Positions 19,786-29,115 of a stretch of DNA of 64,000 nt are shown here, piece after piece. A model generated the notes under the pieces. That model did no database searches, was not told the origin of the DNA, and saw only the letters and a list, made by a program, of their open reading frames with translations. Both the position numbers and the translations under genes were made by a program. Within the stretch, counting starts at the first letter, position 1. Every line of letters begins with the position of its first letter. Origin of the DNA: Proteobacteria bacterium SG_bin9 (GTDB lineage Bacteria > Pseudomonadota > Alphaproteobacteria > Rhizobiales > Xanthobacteraceae); the NCBI GenBank assembly GCA_002083525.1, contig LWDM01000050.1, positions 26,032 to 90,031 of the forward strand. Direction: 5' to 3'.

Positions 19786-20718
19786 ATGCCGCTTCGTCTG
19801 ATCTTCATGGGCACACCGGACTTCGCGGTGCCGACGCTGCTCGAACTCGCAGGCCACGGTCACGAGATCGCGGCGGTCTACACGCGCGAGCCAAAGCCGG
19901 CCGGGCGCGGCATGAAGCTGCAGCCGACGCCGGTGGAAGTCGAGGCCCGCCGGCTCGGCGTGCCGGTGCTGACGCCAAAGACACTGAAGACGCCCGAGGC
20001 GGAAGCCGAGATGCGCGCGTTCGACGCGGATGCGGCGGTCGTCGTCGCCTACGGCATGATCCTGCCGCAAGCCATTCTCGATGTGCCGCCGCTCGGCTGC
20101 TTCAATCTGCATGCGTCGCTGCTGCCGCGCTGGCGCGGTGCCGCGCCGCTCAACCGCGCCATCATGGCGGGCGATGCCGAGAGCGGCGTGATGGTGATGA
20201 AGATGGACATCGGCCTCGACACCGGCGATGTCGCCATGGCCGAGCGTATGCCGATCACCGACAGCATGACGACGCGCGAACTGCACGATCGCCTGTCGCG
20301 CATCGGCGCCGACCTGATGGTGCGTGCGATGGGCGCGCTCGAGCGCGGGCAACTGCGACTGACGAAGCAAGCGGACGAAGGCGTCACCTACGCCGCCAAG
20401 ATCGACAAGCAGGAAGCGCGCATCGACTGGACGAAACCCGCGCGTGACGTGCTGCGGCATTGTCACGGCCTGTCGCCGTTTCCGGGCGCGTGGTGCGAGT
20501 TTCCGATTCAGGGCGAACAGGTGCGGGTGAAAATTCTCCGCTGCGCGCTGACGAGCAGCTTAGGCGCTCCGGGCACGCTGCTCGACGACAAGCTCACCAT
20601 CGCCTGCGGCGACGGCGCAATCCGCGTTGTCGAGTTGCAGCGCACCGGCAAGCAGCCGATGTCGGCGGATGAGTTTCTGCGCGGCACGCCGCTCAACCCG
20701 CCGCTGGTGGTGATGTAG
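19786..20718 (+). CDS. fmt: Methionyl-tRNA formyltransferase
   Basis: '[14 protein letters not shown]', '[15 protein letters not shown]', 310 aa, directly downstream of def. Confidence 0.95.
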   Translation: MPLRLIFMGTPDFAVPTLLELAGHGHEIAAVYTREPKPAGRGMKLQPTPVEVEARRLGVPVLTPKTLKTPEAEAEMRAFDADAAVVVAYGMILPQAILDVPPLGCFNLHASLLPRWRGAAPLNRAIMAGDAESGVMVMKMDIGLDTGDVAMAERMPITDSMTTRELHDRLSRIGADLMVRAMGALERGQLRLTKQADEGVTYAAKIDKQEARIDWTKPARDVLRHCHGLSPFPGAWCEFPIQGEQVRVKILRCALTSSLGAPGTLLDDKLTIACGDGAIRVVELQRTGKQPMSADEFLRGTPLNPPLVVM

Positions 20719-21455
20719 TGCCCCGCTACAAACTCACCATCGAATACGACGGAAAGCCTTTTTACGGTTGGCAGCTGCAGGAGACGCTGCCGTCGGTGCA
20801 GGGCGCGCTCGAAGCTGCGGTGAAGGCGATCAGCGGCGAGAATGCGCGCGTCCACGGCGCCGGCCGCACCGATGCTGGCGTTCACGCGCTCGGTCAAGTT
20901 GCGCATGTCGATCTGATGAAGGAGTTTCAGCCGGGCCGTTTGCGCGACGGGCTCAACGCACACGTGCGGCCGCATCCGATCGGCATTCTGTCGGCGGAGA
21001 TCGTGCCGGAGACATTCGAGGCGCGCTTCTCGGCGATCAAGCGCCACTACCGCTATCGCATCGTCAATCGCCGCTCCAATCTCGCGATCGATGTCGGACA
21101 TGCGTGGCGCGTGCCGCTGCGGATCGACAGCGATCGCATGCACGAAGCGGCGCAGCGCCTGCTCGGCAAGCACGACTTCACGACCTTCCGCGATATGGAC
21201 TGTCAGGCGAAGTCGCCGGAAAAGACGCTCGATCAGCTCGATGTCATCCGCAACGGCGATGAGATCGATGTGATTACGTCGGCGCGCTCGTTCCTGCACA
21301 GTCAGGTGCGTTCGATGGTCGGCTCGCTGATCTGGGTCGGGCAGGGCCGCTGGACGCCGGGCGATCTCGCCGCCGCACTTACTGCGCGTAATCGCGCGGC
21401 GTGCGGGCCAGTCGCGCCGCCGGACGGGCTTTATCTGGTGCGGGTGGATTATTGA
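20718..21455 (+). CDS. truA: tRNA pseudouridine(38-40) synthase TruA
   Basis: '[16 protein letters not shown]', catalytic '[11 protein letters not shown]'. The GTG start overlaps the fmt stop by 1 nt. Confidence 0.93.
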   Translation: MPRYKLTIEYDGKPFYGWQLQETLPSVQGALEAAVKAISGENARVHGAGRTDAGVHALGQVAHVDLMKEFQPGRLRDGLNAHVRPHPIGILSAEIVPETFEARFSAIKRHYRYRIVNRRSNLAIDVGHAWRVPLRIDSDRMHEAAQRLLGKHDFTTFRDMDCQAKSPEKTLDQLDVIRNGDEIDVITSARSFLHSQVRSMVGSLIWVGQGRWTPGDLAAALTARNRAACGPVAPPDGLYLVRVDY

Positions 21456-21465
21456 GACGCTTAAG

Positions 21466-21582
21466 CGTCATTGCGAGGAGCGCAGCGACGAAGCAATCCA
21501 GTCCCGAATGCTGAGCTGGATTGCTTCGTGGAGCTTGTCCTTGGGCTTGCCGAAGGCAAGACCCGGGGGCTCGCAATGACGA
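21466..21582. repeat. Intergenic palindromic repeat element (family A copy 2, with an inserted second hairpin)
   Basis: 'gcgtcattgcgaggagcgcagcgacgaagcaatccag ... ctggattgcttcgtg ... cttgggcttgccgaaggcaagaccc ... ctcgcaatgacga', lying between the convergent truA and ridA-like genes. Confidence 0.8.
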
Positions 21583-21595
21583 TCGACTTAGTAGC

Positions 21596-21979
21596 TCACG
21601 CCGCAGCAATCGCTTCGATCTCCAACAGCCACTTGCTGTCGAAGATGCCGGTGATGATCACGGTCAGCGCCGGCGTGCGGCTGCCGAGCACTTGGGCGCG
21701 CACCGTGCGGTTGGCGATGTTGTACTGCCGGTCCGACAGGAACGTCGTGACCTTGACCAGATTGTCGAGCGTCATGTCGACGGCTTTCAGCTGCGCCTCG
21801 ACGTTCGCCCACGCCAGCTTTGCCTGCTCCTCGAACGTCGCCGGAAGCGTGCCGTCGGCAGTCTCTGGAATCTGTCCGCTGACGAAGGCCAGCCGCTGCG
21901 CGCCAGAGACTTCGACAACCTGCGCATAACCGCCCTTCGGCTGGGTTGCGCTTGGCGCGTTCGCGCTTCTGATTTTCAT
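21596..21979 (-). CDS. RidA/YjgF/L-PSP family protein
   Basis: Internal ATG 21979 gives 127 aa ('MKIRSANAPSATQPKGGYAQVVEVSGAQRLAFVSGQIP'), the typical RidA fold length. The upstream extension of the track ORF is Arg-rich noise. Confidence 0.85.
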   Translation of the reverse strand: MKIRSANAPSATQPKGGYAQVVEVSGAQRLAFVSGQIPETADGTLPATFEEQAKLAWANVEAQLKAVDMTLDNLVKVTTFLSDRQYNIANRTVRAQVLGSRTPALTVIITGIFDSKWLLEIEAIAAA

Positions 21980-21981
21980 GC

Positions 21982-22548
21982 TCAACTCCCGGCTTGGATG
22001 TTCTTGATTGCGTCCCAGAACAGGTCTTCGCCCTTGGCGACGTTCTCCTGCCAGTGATCGGCGGAATTGTCGTCGGCGGAATCGCTGATGAACTTGAAAG
22101 CGCGCCACGGCAGGCTGTGCCGCACGCACACATGCGCGATCGCGAACAATTCCATGTCGACGATGTCGATCTTCTGTTCGGTCATCCACGGATCGGTCGA
22201 GGTGACGAAGCTGTCGCCGGTGCCGCAGGTGACGCCGTCCTGCCCGGAGGCGAAGTGATCGAACTCCGGCGAGTAAGGCGTGCGGCCGCGCGGCGCCAGC
22301 GGCATCGCCATCATGTCGCGCTGGACCACGCGGGAGACTTCGACCAGTCCGTGGACTGACGCATTGAGGCTGCCGGCGGTGCCGTAGTTTATGACGAGGG
22401 ATGGGCGCAGCACCAGCAGCGACAGCGTTGCAGCGCTGGCCGCGTTCACCTTGCCGACACCGGTGTAGATGACCTCGACGCCGTCCGGCGCGCGCGATTT
22501 CTTCAGCTCATCGTCCAGTGCGGTAAGGACGAGGATCTTGCCGCTCAT
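21982..22548 (-). CDS. Nucleoside phosphorylase family protein (MTA/SAH nucleosidase-like)
   Basis: 188 aa with '[12 protein letters not shown]', 'VINYGTAGS' and '[11 protein letters not shown]', the PNP_UDP_1 family. The ATGA overlap with the dapE stop suggests co-translation. Confidence 0.8.
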   Translation of the reverse strand: MSGKILVLTALDDELKKSRAPDGVEVIYTGVGKVNAASAATLSLLVLRPSLVINYGTAGSLNASVHGLVEVSRVVQRDMMAMPLAPRGRTPYSPEFDHFASGQDGVTCGTGDSFVTSTDPWMTEQKIDIVDMELFAIAHVCVRHSLPWRAFKFISDSADDNSADHWQENVAKGEDLFWDAIKNIQAGS

Positions 22549-23702
22549 GCAAAGTACCGGTCGAGCACGCCGCGATAAATTTTCGTGAGCTGTTCGAGAT
22601 CGGCGACCGGCGTTCGCTCATCGACTGCATGCATGCTGCGCCCGACGAGACCGAACTCGACCACTTCGCAATAATTCGTGATGAAGCGCGCATCGGACGT
22701 GCCGCCGCCGGTATTGAGGTCGGGGGTGCGGCCGGTGATTTCTTTCACGGCCGCGACGACCGTGTCGATGAACGGGCCGGGCTTCGTGATGAACGACTTC
22801 GCGTTCGACGGCTCCCACTCGATGCGAGCCTTGATGTGATTACCCATCGCCTTGGTCATGCGGCCTTCGACCAGCGCCTTCAGCGAGTCTTCGGTGTGAA
22901 TGTCATTGTAGCGAATGTTGAACTTTGCCTTCACCTGCGCCGGGATCACGTTCGTTGCGCGATTGCCGACGTCGACCGAGGTGAACTCGAGGTTCGATGC
23001 CTGGAAGTGATCGTTGCCGCGATCGAGCGGGTCGGCGAGCAGGGCGGTGATCAGCTGCGCCATGTGCGGGATCGGGTTCATCGCGCGGTGCGGGTACGCG
23101 GCATGGCCTTGCACGCCCTCGACGATCAGCGCGCCGTTGAGCGAGCCGCGACGACCGATCTTGATGCAGTCGCCCATGGTATCGACGTTGCTCGGTTCGC
23201 CAAGGACGCAGTGATCGAATTTTTCGCCGCGATCCGCCGCCCACTTCAGCAGCTTGATCGTGCCGTTGACGGCGATGTCTTCCTCGTCGCCTGTGATCAG
23301 GAAGGAGATCGAGCCTTTCGGCTTTCCGCCGTTCGCGGCGAGGTAGGCGAGCGTTGCGGCCACGGCTGCGCCGATGCCGCCCTTCATGTCGACGGCGCCA
23401 CGGCCGTAGAGAAAGCCGTCCTTCACGTCGCCGGAGAACGGGCCATGCGTCCATGCGGCTTCATCGCCCGCGGGAACGACGTCGGTGTGGCCCGCGAAGC
23501 AGATGTGCGGCACGGATGTGCCGATGCGTGCGTAGAGATTATCGATGTCGGCAGCGCCGGGCTCGGAGAACGTCACGCGATGCACGTCAAACCCGGAGGC
23601 TTTCAGCAATACTTCAAGCACGCCGAGCGCGCCTGCGTCGGCGGGCGTCACGGACGGACAGCGGATAAGATCGCGGGTGATGGTGAGTGCGTCGGGTGTC
23701 AT
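22545..23702 (-). CDS. dapE: Succinyl-diaminopimelate desuccinylase
   Basis: 385 aa M20 peptidase with 'FAGHTDVVP', '[10 protein letters not shown]', 'ITGDEE' and 'GGTSDARF'. Confidence 0.93.
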   Translation of the reverse strand: MTPDALTITRDLIRCPSVTPADAGALGVLEVLLKASGFDVHRVTFSEPGAADIDNLYARIGTSVPHICFAGHTDVVPAGDEAAWTHGPFSGDVKDGFLYGRGAVDMKGGIGAAVAATLAYLAANGGKPKGSISFLITGDEEDIAVNGTIKLLKWAADRGEKFDHCVLGEPSNVDTMGDCIKIGRRGSLNGALIVEGVQGHAAYPHRAMNPIPHMAQLITALLADPLDRGNDHFQASNLEFTSVDVGNRATNVIPAQVKAKFNIRYNDIHTEDSLKALVEGRMTKAMGNHIKARIEWEPSNAKSFITKPGPFIDTVVAAVKEITGRTPDLNTGGGTSDARFITNYCEVVEFGLVGRSMHAVDERTPVADLEQLTKIYRGVLDRYFA

Positions 23703-24158
23703 TTAAGGTGCAGAGCCAAACCGGTTGTCGCCCTTGGTGCCGGGCATGAACGCGAGCGAGAGAAGCCCCCACAGGAAAAGGCCAATGGCGTTGATTTGCA
23801 AGAGCAGCGAAAGAATCTCAGCGTTGCGAAACCCTTCGGTGGTATCGGGGAAAAAGACCGGCAGTTTGGCCGATACAAAAAACAAAATGAACGGCAGCGG
23901 ACCGAACACGACGTACCACCAGCCGCTCTTGTCGCGGTCGTGCAGCCGTCCGATCATGATCACAGCCGTGATGTAGAAGAACAGCACTAGCGCAGCGGCA
24001 AGGCGCAGTCCGTCAATCGTCCCGCCTGCCGGATTGAACACGTAGCTGGCAGACACCAGCACACCCAATGCGGCAAGCAGATAGACAATTAATCCGATGC
24101 CGTAGCCGCGCCGGTTCAGCCGCCCTTGAAAGCGAAGGAGCCCGGCGAGGCCGCTCAT
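23703..24158 (-). CDS. DUF805-like inner membrane protein
   Basis: Internal ATG 24158 gives 151 aa with 'RLNRRGYG...RLHDRDKSGWW' (the DUF805/YhaH-like signature) and 3-4 TM helices. The remaining N-terminal part of the 316-aa track ORF runs through repeat DNA and the dapD 3' end. Confidence 0.75.
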   Translation of the reverse strand: MSGLAGLLRFQGRLNRRGYGIGLIVYLLAALGVLVSASYVFNPAGGTIDGLRLAAALVLFFYITAVIMIGRLHDRDKSGWWYVVFGPLPFILFFVSAKLPVFFPDTTEGFRNAEILSLLLQINAIGLFLWGLLSLAFMPGTKGDNRFGSAP

Positions 24159-24172
24159 GGTGTTTTTCTTTG

Positions 24173-24221
24173 GCGCGTGATCTTGCCGGAAAACCGGTGT
24201 CCACTTTTCCGGATCACGCGC
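24173..24221. repeat. Intergenic palindromic repeat element (family B copy)
   Basis: 'gcgcgtgatcttgccggaaaaccggtgtccacttttccggatcacgcgc' immediately after the dapD stop. It may double as a terminator hairpin. Confidence 0.75.
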
Positions 24222-24222
24222 A

Positions 24223-25068
24223 TCAGTCCCGCAGCAATTCGTTGATGCTGGTCTTGGCGCGGGTGCGCTCATCGACGCGCTTGACGATGACGGCGCAGGC
24301 GGTCGAGGGGCCTTGCGAACCGTCCGGCAGCGGCTTGCCCGGCAACGCGCCCGGAACGACGACGGCGTATTGCGGCACCTCGCCGACAAAGGTCTCGCCG
24401 GTCGCGCGATCGACGATCTTGGTCGATGCGCCGAGAAACACGCCCATAGCCAGCACCGCGCCCTTGCGCACGATGACGCCTTCGGCGACTTCCGAGCGCG
24501 CGCCAATGAAGCAGTCGTCTTCAACGATGACAGGCTCGGCCTGCAGCGGTTCGAGGACGCCGCCGATGCCGACGCCGCCCGAGATGTGCACGCGCTTGCC
24601 GATCTGCGCGCAGGAGCCGACCGTCGACCACGTGTCGACCATGGTCGATTCATCGACGTAGGCGCCGAGGTTCACGAACGACGGCATCAGCACCACGTTC
24701 TTGGCGATGAAGGCCGAGCGGCGGACGATCGAACCCGGCACGGCACGAAAGCCGGCGGCGCGGAAACGGTTCTCGCCCCAGCCCTCGAACTTCGACGGCA
24801 CCTTGTCCCACCACGAGGCTTGACCGGGGCCGCCCGGGATCGGGCTCATGTCGTTGAGGCGGAACGACAGTAGCACCGCCTTCTTCAGCCACTGATTGAC
24901 CTTCCACTTGCCGCTTGCTTCGCGCTCGGCGACGCGGGCTTCGCCCTTGTCCAAGAGCTCAAGCGCATGATCCACCGCCTCGCGGGCCTCGCCCTTGGTC
25001 GACGCGTTGATGGTGTCGCGCGCGTCGAAGGCTGAATTGACGGTGGTTTCGAGGGAGGCGAGGGACAT
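24223..25068 (-). CDS. dapD: 2,3,4,5-tetrahydropyridine-2,6-dicarboxylate N-succinyltransferase
   Basis: 281 aa with hexapeptide repeats and '[13 protein letters not shown]'-like region '[21 protein letters not shown]'; typical alpha-proteobacterial DapD. Confidence 0.93.
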   Translation of the reverse strand: MSLASLETTVNSAFDARDTINASTKGEAREAVDHALELLDKGEARVAEREASGKWKVNQWLKKAVLLSFRLNDMSPIPGGPGQASWWDKVPSKFEGWGENRFRAAGFRAVPGSIVRRSAFIAKNVVLMPSFVNLGAYVDESTMVDTWSTVGSCAQIGKRVHISGGVGIGGVLEPLQAEPVIVEDDCFIGARSEVAEGVIVRKGAVLAMGVFLGASTKIVDRATGETFVGEVPQYAVVVPGALPGKPLPDGSQGPSTACAVIVKRVDERTRAKTSINELLRD

Positions 25069-25175
25069 CTGATTTTCCTGGGATTTTTGCTGCCGCTGTC
25101 CCGGCAGGCGACGAATTTTGCGCGGCTTTTGTCGGAATTTGAGGGGGGAGAGTCAAGCGCGCGGCGTGGGAAAGC

Positions 25176-25871
25176 TCACGGCCGGATGGTCGCCAGAAAC
25201 CCCGCCAGATTGTCGGTGACCCAGTCCACGTGTGCCGCGTCGCGGCCTTCCAGCTCCCATGCCTCGCGCACCACGTCCTTGCTGCCATCGGGCACCACCA
25301 GCACCGTGGTCATGCCGAGATCGTGCGGCACCGTGAGATTGCGCGCGAGGTCCTCGAACATCGCGGCCTTCGACGGATCGACGCCGTGCATGTCGAGAAA
25401 GCGGCGATAGGTCTGCAACGCCGGCTTCGGTTCGAGATCCGCGGCGATGATGTCGAACACCGCTTCGAAGCGGTCGTGGATTTCGAGCCGCTCCAGCACC
25501 TTGGCCGCGTGCGCGATCGTGCCGTTGGTGAGGATCAGCTTGCGGCCGGGCAGTGCCTCGATCGCGGCGCCGAGCGCCGGATTGGGCTCGAGCGGCGAAT
25601 GGTCGATCTGGTGCACGTATTCGAGATACTCATCGGCGCTGATGTTGTGCTTGGTCATCATGCCGCGCATGGTCGTGCCGTAGTCGCGGTAGTATTCTTT
25701 CTGGATCTTGAAGGCTTCCTCTGGCGTGATGCCGAAGAAGCGCGACACGTACTCACGGATGCGCACGTCCACCTGCTGCCACAGGTTGACGTGATGCGGA
25801 TAGAGCGTGTTGTCGAGATCGAACACCCACGTTTCGATGTGGGCGAAGGAACGCTTGTTACTGTCTGTCAT
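25176..25871 (-). CDS. Pyrimidine 5'-nucleotidase, HAD superfamily IA
   Basis: Internal ATG 25871 gives 231 aa. HAD motif I 'VFDLDNTLY' and 'ILTNG', with a C-terminal 'FEDLARNL' region. Confidence 0.85.
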   Translation of the reverse strand: MTDSNKRSFAHIETWVFDLDNTLYPHHVNLWQQVDVRIREYVSRFFGITPEEAFKIQKEYYRDYGTTMRGMMTKHNISADEYLEYVHQIDHSPLEPNPALGAAIEALPGRKLILTNGTIAHAAKVLERLEIHDRFEAVFDIIAADLEPKPALQTYRRFLDMHGVDPSKAAMFEDLARNLTVPHDLGMTTVLVVPDGSKDVVREAWELEGRDAAHVDWVTDNLAGFLATIRP

Positions 25872-25882
25872 TGCGATGTCTG

Positions 25883-26926
25883 TCAGGGGGCCGTGAGGCG
25901 GATTGTCTTGTTGGCGGCGTTGGGGTCTACGACTGCAAAGCCGGTGGGCGCAAGACCGCGCGCCGAGCAGTTGTCCTGCTCGGTGAATTCGAATTTCGTC
26001 TCGCGCGTGCAGAGCACGGTGGTGCCACCCCAGTTCAAGAGCTTGCCCGAGGAGAGCTTGATCGCGCGGCCGTCGCCGTCGATTGCTTCCGCAAAGCTGA
26101 GCACACGCTTCGGCTGACCGGCGACGTCCGGCGTCAGGCATTTCTTCGGCACGATGCGATACCAGCCGCGGCTGGTGACGGCCTTGCCGTCGTCGGTCGC
26201 GATCGCCGCCATCACCGGATGCGACGTATCGTTACACCAGGCGATGCTCGATCCGCCTGGCGTCTGCACGGCCTTCACCATCGTATCGAAGAAGTTCGGC
26301 GCATTGACGATGTCTGCGGTGAGGCCGCGGCTTTTGAGAAAGTTCGCGAGCGCCGCTTGTGTTTTCGGTCCGTCGACGCCATCGATCGGCGAGGCGTCGA
26401 GGCCGGCAATCACGAGCAGGCGCTGAATGGCCGCGAGCTTCGCCTGCTCGTCGTCGTATTCGCTGTCCTCGGCGAGATAGGCGACGAGATGGCCGTCGCT
26501 GCTTGCCGTTGGTTTGATCTCGGTGAACGGCGCCGGCGTCTGGCCGCTGCGGCACTGGCGCGCGGCGGCAATAGTGAAGTTTTCGGGCGCGATGCAGAGA
26601 TTGTGCTGGCCGTTCTGCTGCAGCGGCGTCGATCCGTAAACCGGCAGCGCGCGCGCATGCAGCATCAGACGATCGGCGGAGAGCGTGCCCTGGACGACGA
26701 CGCGGCATTGCGCGGGATCGATCTTGAACCAGCCGCGTGTTGCCGTGCTGCTGCCGCTGTCGATGCCGATCGCGGCTTCGATCACGTAGCTCATGCGGTT
26801 GCAGAGCTTCAGGTCGGCGTGGGCGCCGGTCGCTATCAGCGCGCCGGCCACAATCACCGCAAATCCAAACGTCGCCCGTATTGACGGGCTGACGCGGGAC
26901 TGTGTGCGTGAGGCGTGCAGCGTCAC
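25883..26926 (-). CDS. Secreted protein with two DUF1036-like domains flanking a peptidoglycan-binding-like domain
   Basis: Signal peptide '[16 protein letters not shown]'. Repeated '[12 protein letters not shown]' / '[12 protein letters not shown]' modules and a central '[16 protein letters not shown]' (PG_binding_1-like). GTG start overlaps the argB stop. Confidence 0.7.
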   Translation of the reverse strand: MTLHASRTQSRVSPSIRATFGFAVIVAGALIATGAHADLKLCNRMSYVIEAAIGIDSGSSTATRGWFKIDPAQCRVVVQGTLSADRLMLHARALPVYGSTPLQQNGQHNLCIAPENFTIAAARQCRSGQTPAPFTEIKPTASSDGHLVAYLAEDSEYDDEQAKLAAIQRLLVIAGLDASPIDGVDGPKTQAALANFLKSRGLTADIVNAPNFFDTMVKAVQTPGGSSIAWCNDTSHPVMAAIATDDGKAVTSRGWYRIVPKKCLTPDVAGQPKRVLSFAEAIDGDGRAIKLSSGKLLNWGGTTVLCTRETKFEFTEQDNCSARGLAPTGFAVVDPNAANKTIRLTAP

Positions 26927-27858
26927 TTGTGGATCAGCGTACCCGTGCCCTGGTCGGTGAACAGTTCGAGCAGCACCGCATGCGGCGTCTTGCCGTCGAT
27001 GATGACCACACCTTCGACGCCTGCTTCAAGTGCGTAAATGCAGGTTTCCACCTTCGGAATCATGCCGCCGGAGATCGTGCCGTCGGCGATCAGGCGCCGC
27101 GCGTCCTTGATCGAAATTTCCGGGATCAGCTTCTTCGACTTGTCGAGCACGCCCGGCACGTCCGTGAGCAGCAGCAGGCGCTTGGCCTTCAAGGCGCCGG
27201 CGACCGCGCCGGCGAACGTGTCGGCGTTGACGTTGAACGTCTGCCCGGTCGCGGATGTGGCGAGCGGCGCCAAAACCGGAATCAGCTCATGGCCGATCAA
27301 CTGATTGAGCAGCGTAAGGTCGACCTTCTCCGGCTCACCGACGAAGCCGAGGTCGACCACCTTCTCGATGTTCGAATCCGGGTCGACCATGGTGCGGTTG
27401 GCCTTCGAGGCCAGCACCATGTTGCCGTCCTTGCCGCACAGGCCGACGGCCTTGCCGCCGGCTTCGTTGATGTAGCCGACGAGCTGCTTGTTGATCGAAC
27501 CGGCCAGAACCATCTCGACGATCTCGATGGTCGCGGCGTCGGTAATGCGCAGGCCCTGCGAGAATTCAGACTTGATGCCGAGCCGCTGCAGCATGCTGGC
27601 GATCTGCGGGCCTCCGCCGTGCACGACCACCGGATTGATCGCGGTCTGCTCCATCAGCACGATGTCACGGGCGAACTGGCGCGCCACCTCCTCGGAGCCC
27701 ATGGCATGGCCGCCGTACTTGATGACGATGGTTTCCTCGTCATAGCGCTGCATGTGGGGCAGCGCCTCGGAGAGAATGCGAGCCTGATCGAGCGGGTTGA
27801 TATGGGGCGCGTCGGCCATGACGTTCTTTCGTTTCGGTTTGGCGGGCGAGGGGTTCAT
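26923..27858 (-). CDS. argB: Acetylglutamate kinase
   Basis: '[10 protein letters not shown]', '[10 protein letters not shown]' and '[12 protein letters not shown]'. An alternative start at the internal MADAPH is possible. Confidence 0.93.
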   Translation of the reverse strand: MNPSPAKPKRKNVMADAPHINPLDQARILSEALPHMQRYDEETIVIKYGGHAMGSEEVARQFARDIVLMEQTAINPVVVHGGGPQIASMLQRLGIKSEFSQGLRITDAATIEIVEMVLAGSINKQLVGYINEAGGKAVGLCGKDGNMVLASKANRTMVDPDSNIEKVVDLGFVGEPEKVDLTLLNQLIGHELIPVLAPLATSATGQTFNVNADTFAGAVAGALKAKRLLLLTDVPGVLDKSKKLIPEISIKDARRLIADGTISGGMIPKVETCIYALEAGVEGVVIIDGKTPHAVLLELFTDQGTGTLIHK

Positions 27859-27859
27859 A

Positions 27860-27908
27860 GAGCATTTTCCGGCGAAGTGGAAACCGGTTCGCCGTCAGAA
27901 AATGCTCT
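27860..27908. repeat. Intergenic palindromic repeat element (family B, inverted orientation)
   Basis: 'agagcattttccggcgaagtggaaaccggttcgccgtcagaaaatgctct'. The core 'gtggaaaccggt' is the reverse complement of the 'accggtgcccac' core in the neighbouring copy. Confidence 0.7.
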
Positions 27909-27921
27909 AATTATGGAGTAG

Positions 27922-27968
27922 CGCGCATTCTGATCGCAAAACCGGTGCCCACTTTTGCGGAATGCGCG
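27922..27968. repeat. Intergenic palindromic repeat element (family B copy)
   Basis: 'cgcgcattctgatcgcaaaaccggtgcccacttttgcggaatgcgcg', 13 nt from the previous copy. Confidence 0.75.
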
Positions 27969-27998
27969 CGACCCATGATCGGCGAAAGGGGAACGGCT

Positions 27999-28379
27999 TT
28001 ATGACGCTTTGCAGGGCCAGATCGCAGCCAGCGCCAAGATCAGCCAGGCCACGATCAGGAGCGTTCCACCGGTCGGGGCAGCCATGGAAAACAGCGCCCG
28101 GCTGAAAAAGTGACGTATGGTGAGATCGCCCGAAAACAGCGCTGTTCCGAGCACGACTGAAAAGGCGCCCAGCAGTCCGAGCCGCCGCTGCAGCACGCCC
28201 CGGTCCGTCAACGCCGCAGCTCCGAGCACCGCGCAGGCGTGAAACAGCAGGAAGGTGGATGCAGGACCTAGCCTCGCGGCGCCGTCGCCAACATGCGCGG
28301 CCGCAGCCGCCAGCGCCACACCGGACGAACCCATCAGTCCGGCAAGGAACGCGAGAACACGAAACGGAAATTGCGTCAT
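27999..28379 (-). CDS. DUF423-like small membrane protein
   Basis: Internal ATG 28379 gives 126 aa with 4 TM helices ('AAAAHVGDG...FLLFHACAVL...LFSGDL'). ATGA overlap with the engB stop. The rest of the 360-aa track ORF is antisense to engB. Confidence 0.7.
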   Translation of the reverse strand: MTQFPFRVLAFLAGLMGSSGVALAAAAAHVGDGAARLGPASTFLLFHACAVLGAAALTDRGVLQRRLGLLGAFSVVLGTALFSGDLTIRHFFSRALFSMAAPTGGTLLIVAWLILALAAIWPCKAS

Positions 28380-29035
28380 GCGGCGCCGCGCTCCTTCAGG
28401 AGTTGAACCATCGCGGCGCGCAACTGCGGCATGCCGTCGCCGGTGTTGGAGGATGTGACAATGATCTCGGGAAATGCGGCCGGGTGCTTGCTGAGTGCGG
28501 TCTGCGTCGCAGCGATATTGTCCTTCAGCGTGGCGGCCTTCACCTGATCCGACTTCGTCATCACGATCTGGTAGCTGACCGCGGAAGCGTCGAGCGTTTT
28601 CAGGACGTCGTGATCGACGTCCTTTAGCCCATGGCGCGAGTCGATCAGCACGTAGACGCGCGCGAGGCTGGCGCGGCCGCGCAGGAAGTCGTGAATGAGC
28701 GACGTCCAGGCGAGAATCTTTGCTTTTGGTGCGGCGGCGTAGCCGTAGCCCGGCATGTCGACGAGGCGAAAATTCACGCTCTCGGGGCCTTCGAAGAAAA
28801 TCAGCTCTTGCGTGCGGCCCGGCGTGTGCGAGGTGCGCGCCAGTCCGTTGCGGTTCGTGAGTGCGTTGATCAAGCTCGATTTGCCGACGTTGGAGCGGCC
28901 AGCGAACGCGACTTCGAGGCCGGCCATCGGCGGCAGCGCCGCAATCGTCGGCGCAGCCCAGATGAACTTCCACTCGCCGGCGAACAGCTTGCGGCCTTGC
29001 TCGATCAGGGCTGGGTCGGTGTCGGCGGATGTCAT
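28376..29035 (-). CDS. engB: Ribosome biogenesis GTP-binding protein YihA/YsxC
   Basis: G1 'GRSNVGKSSLINAL', G3 'DMPGYG' and G4 'TKSD'; 219 aa; conserved position next to yidC. Confidence 0.93.
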   Translation of the reverse strand: MTSADTDPALIEQGRKLFAGEWKFIWAAPTIAALPPMAGLEVAFAGRSNVGKSSLINALTNRNGLARTSHTPGRTQELIFFEGPESVNFRLVDMPGYGYAAAPKAKILAWTSLIHDFLRGRASLARVYVLIDSRHGLKDVDHDVLKTLDASAVSYQIVMTKSDQVKAATLKDNIAATQTALSKHPAAFPEIIVTSSNTGDGMPQLRAAMVQLLKERGAA

Positions 29036-29061
29036 CCGCGCCGTCCTTTGTGCGGTCCGTA

Positions 29062-29092
29062 CAAAAATCCGGGGCCCGCAAGCGGGCCCCGG
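29062..29092 (-). terminator. Rho-independent terminator downstream of yidC
   Basis: On the minus strand, 'ccggggcccgc tt gcgggccccgg' (11-bp GC stem) is followed by 'attttt'. Confidence 0.85.
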
Positions 29093-29115
29093 TTACTTAT
29101 CAGATTTGCGCTGTG

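Noticed and set aside
23703-24653. 316-aa ORF as a single large protein.
   Set aside because: Only the C-terminal 151 aa look like a membrane protein (DUF805-like). The N-terminal part is Ala/Arg/Ser-rich, crosses the family B repeat and is antisense-frame noise overlapping dapD.
27999-29081. 360-aa ORF spanning the DUF423-like gene and engB.
   Set aside because: The upstream two thirds are an out-of-frame overlap of the well-supported engB gene. The internal ATG at 28379 gives a sensible 126-aa 4-TM protein with an ATGA junction.
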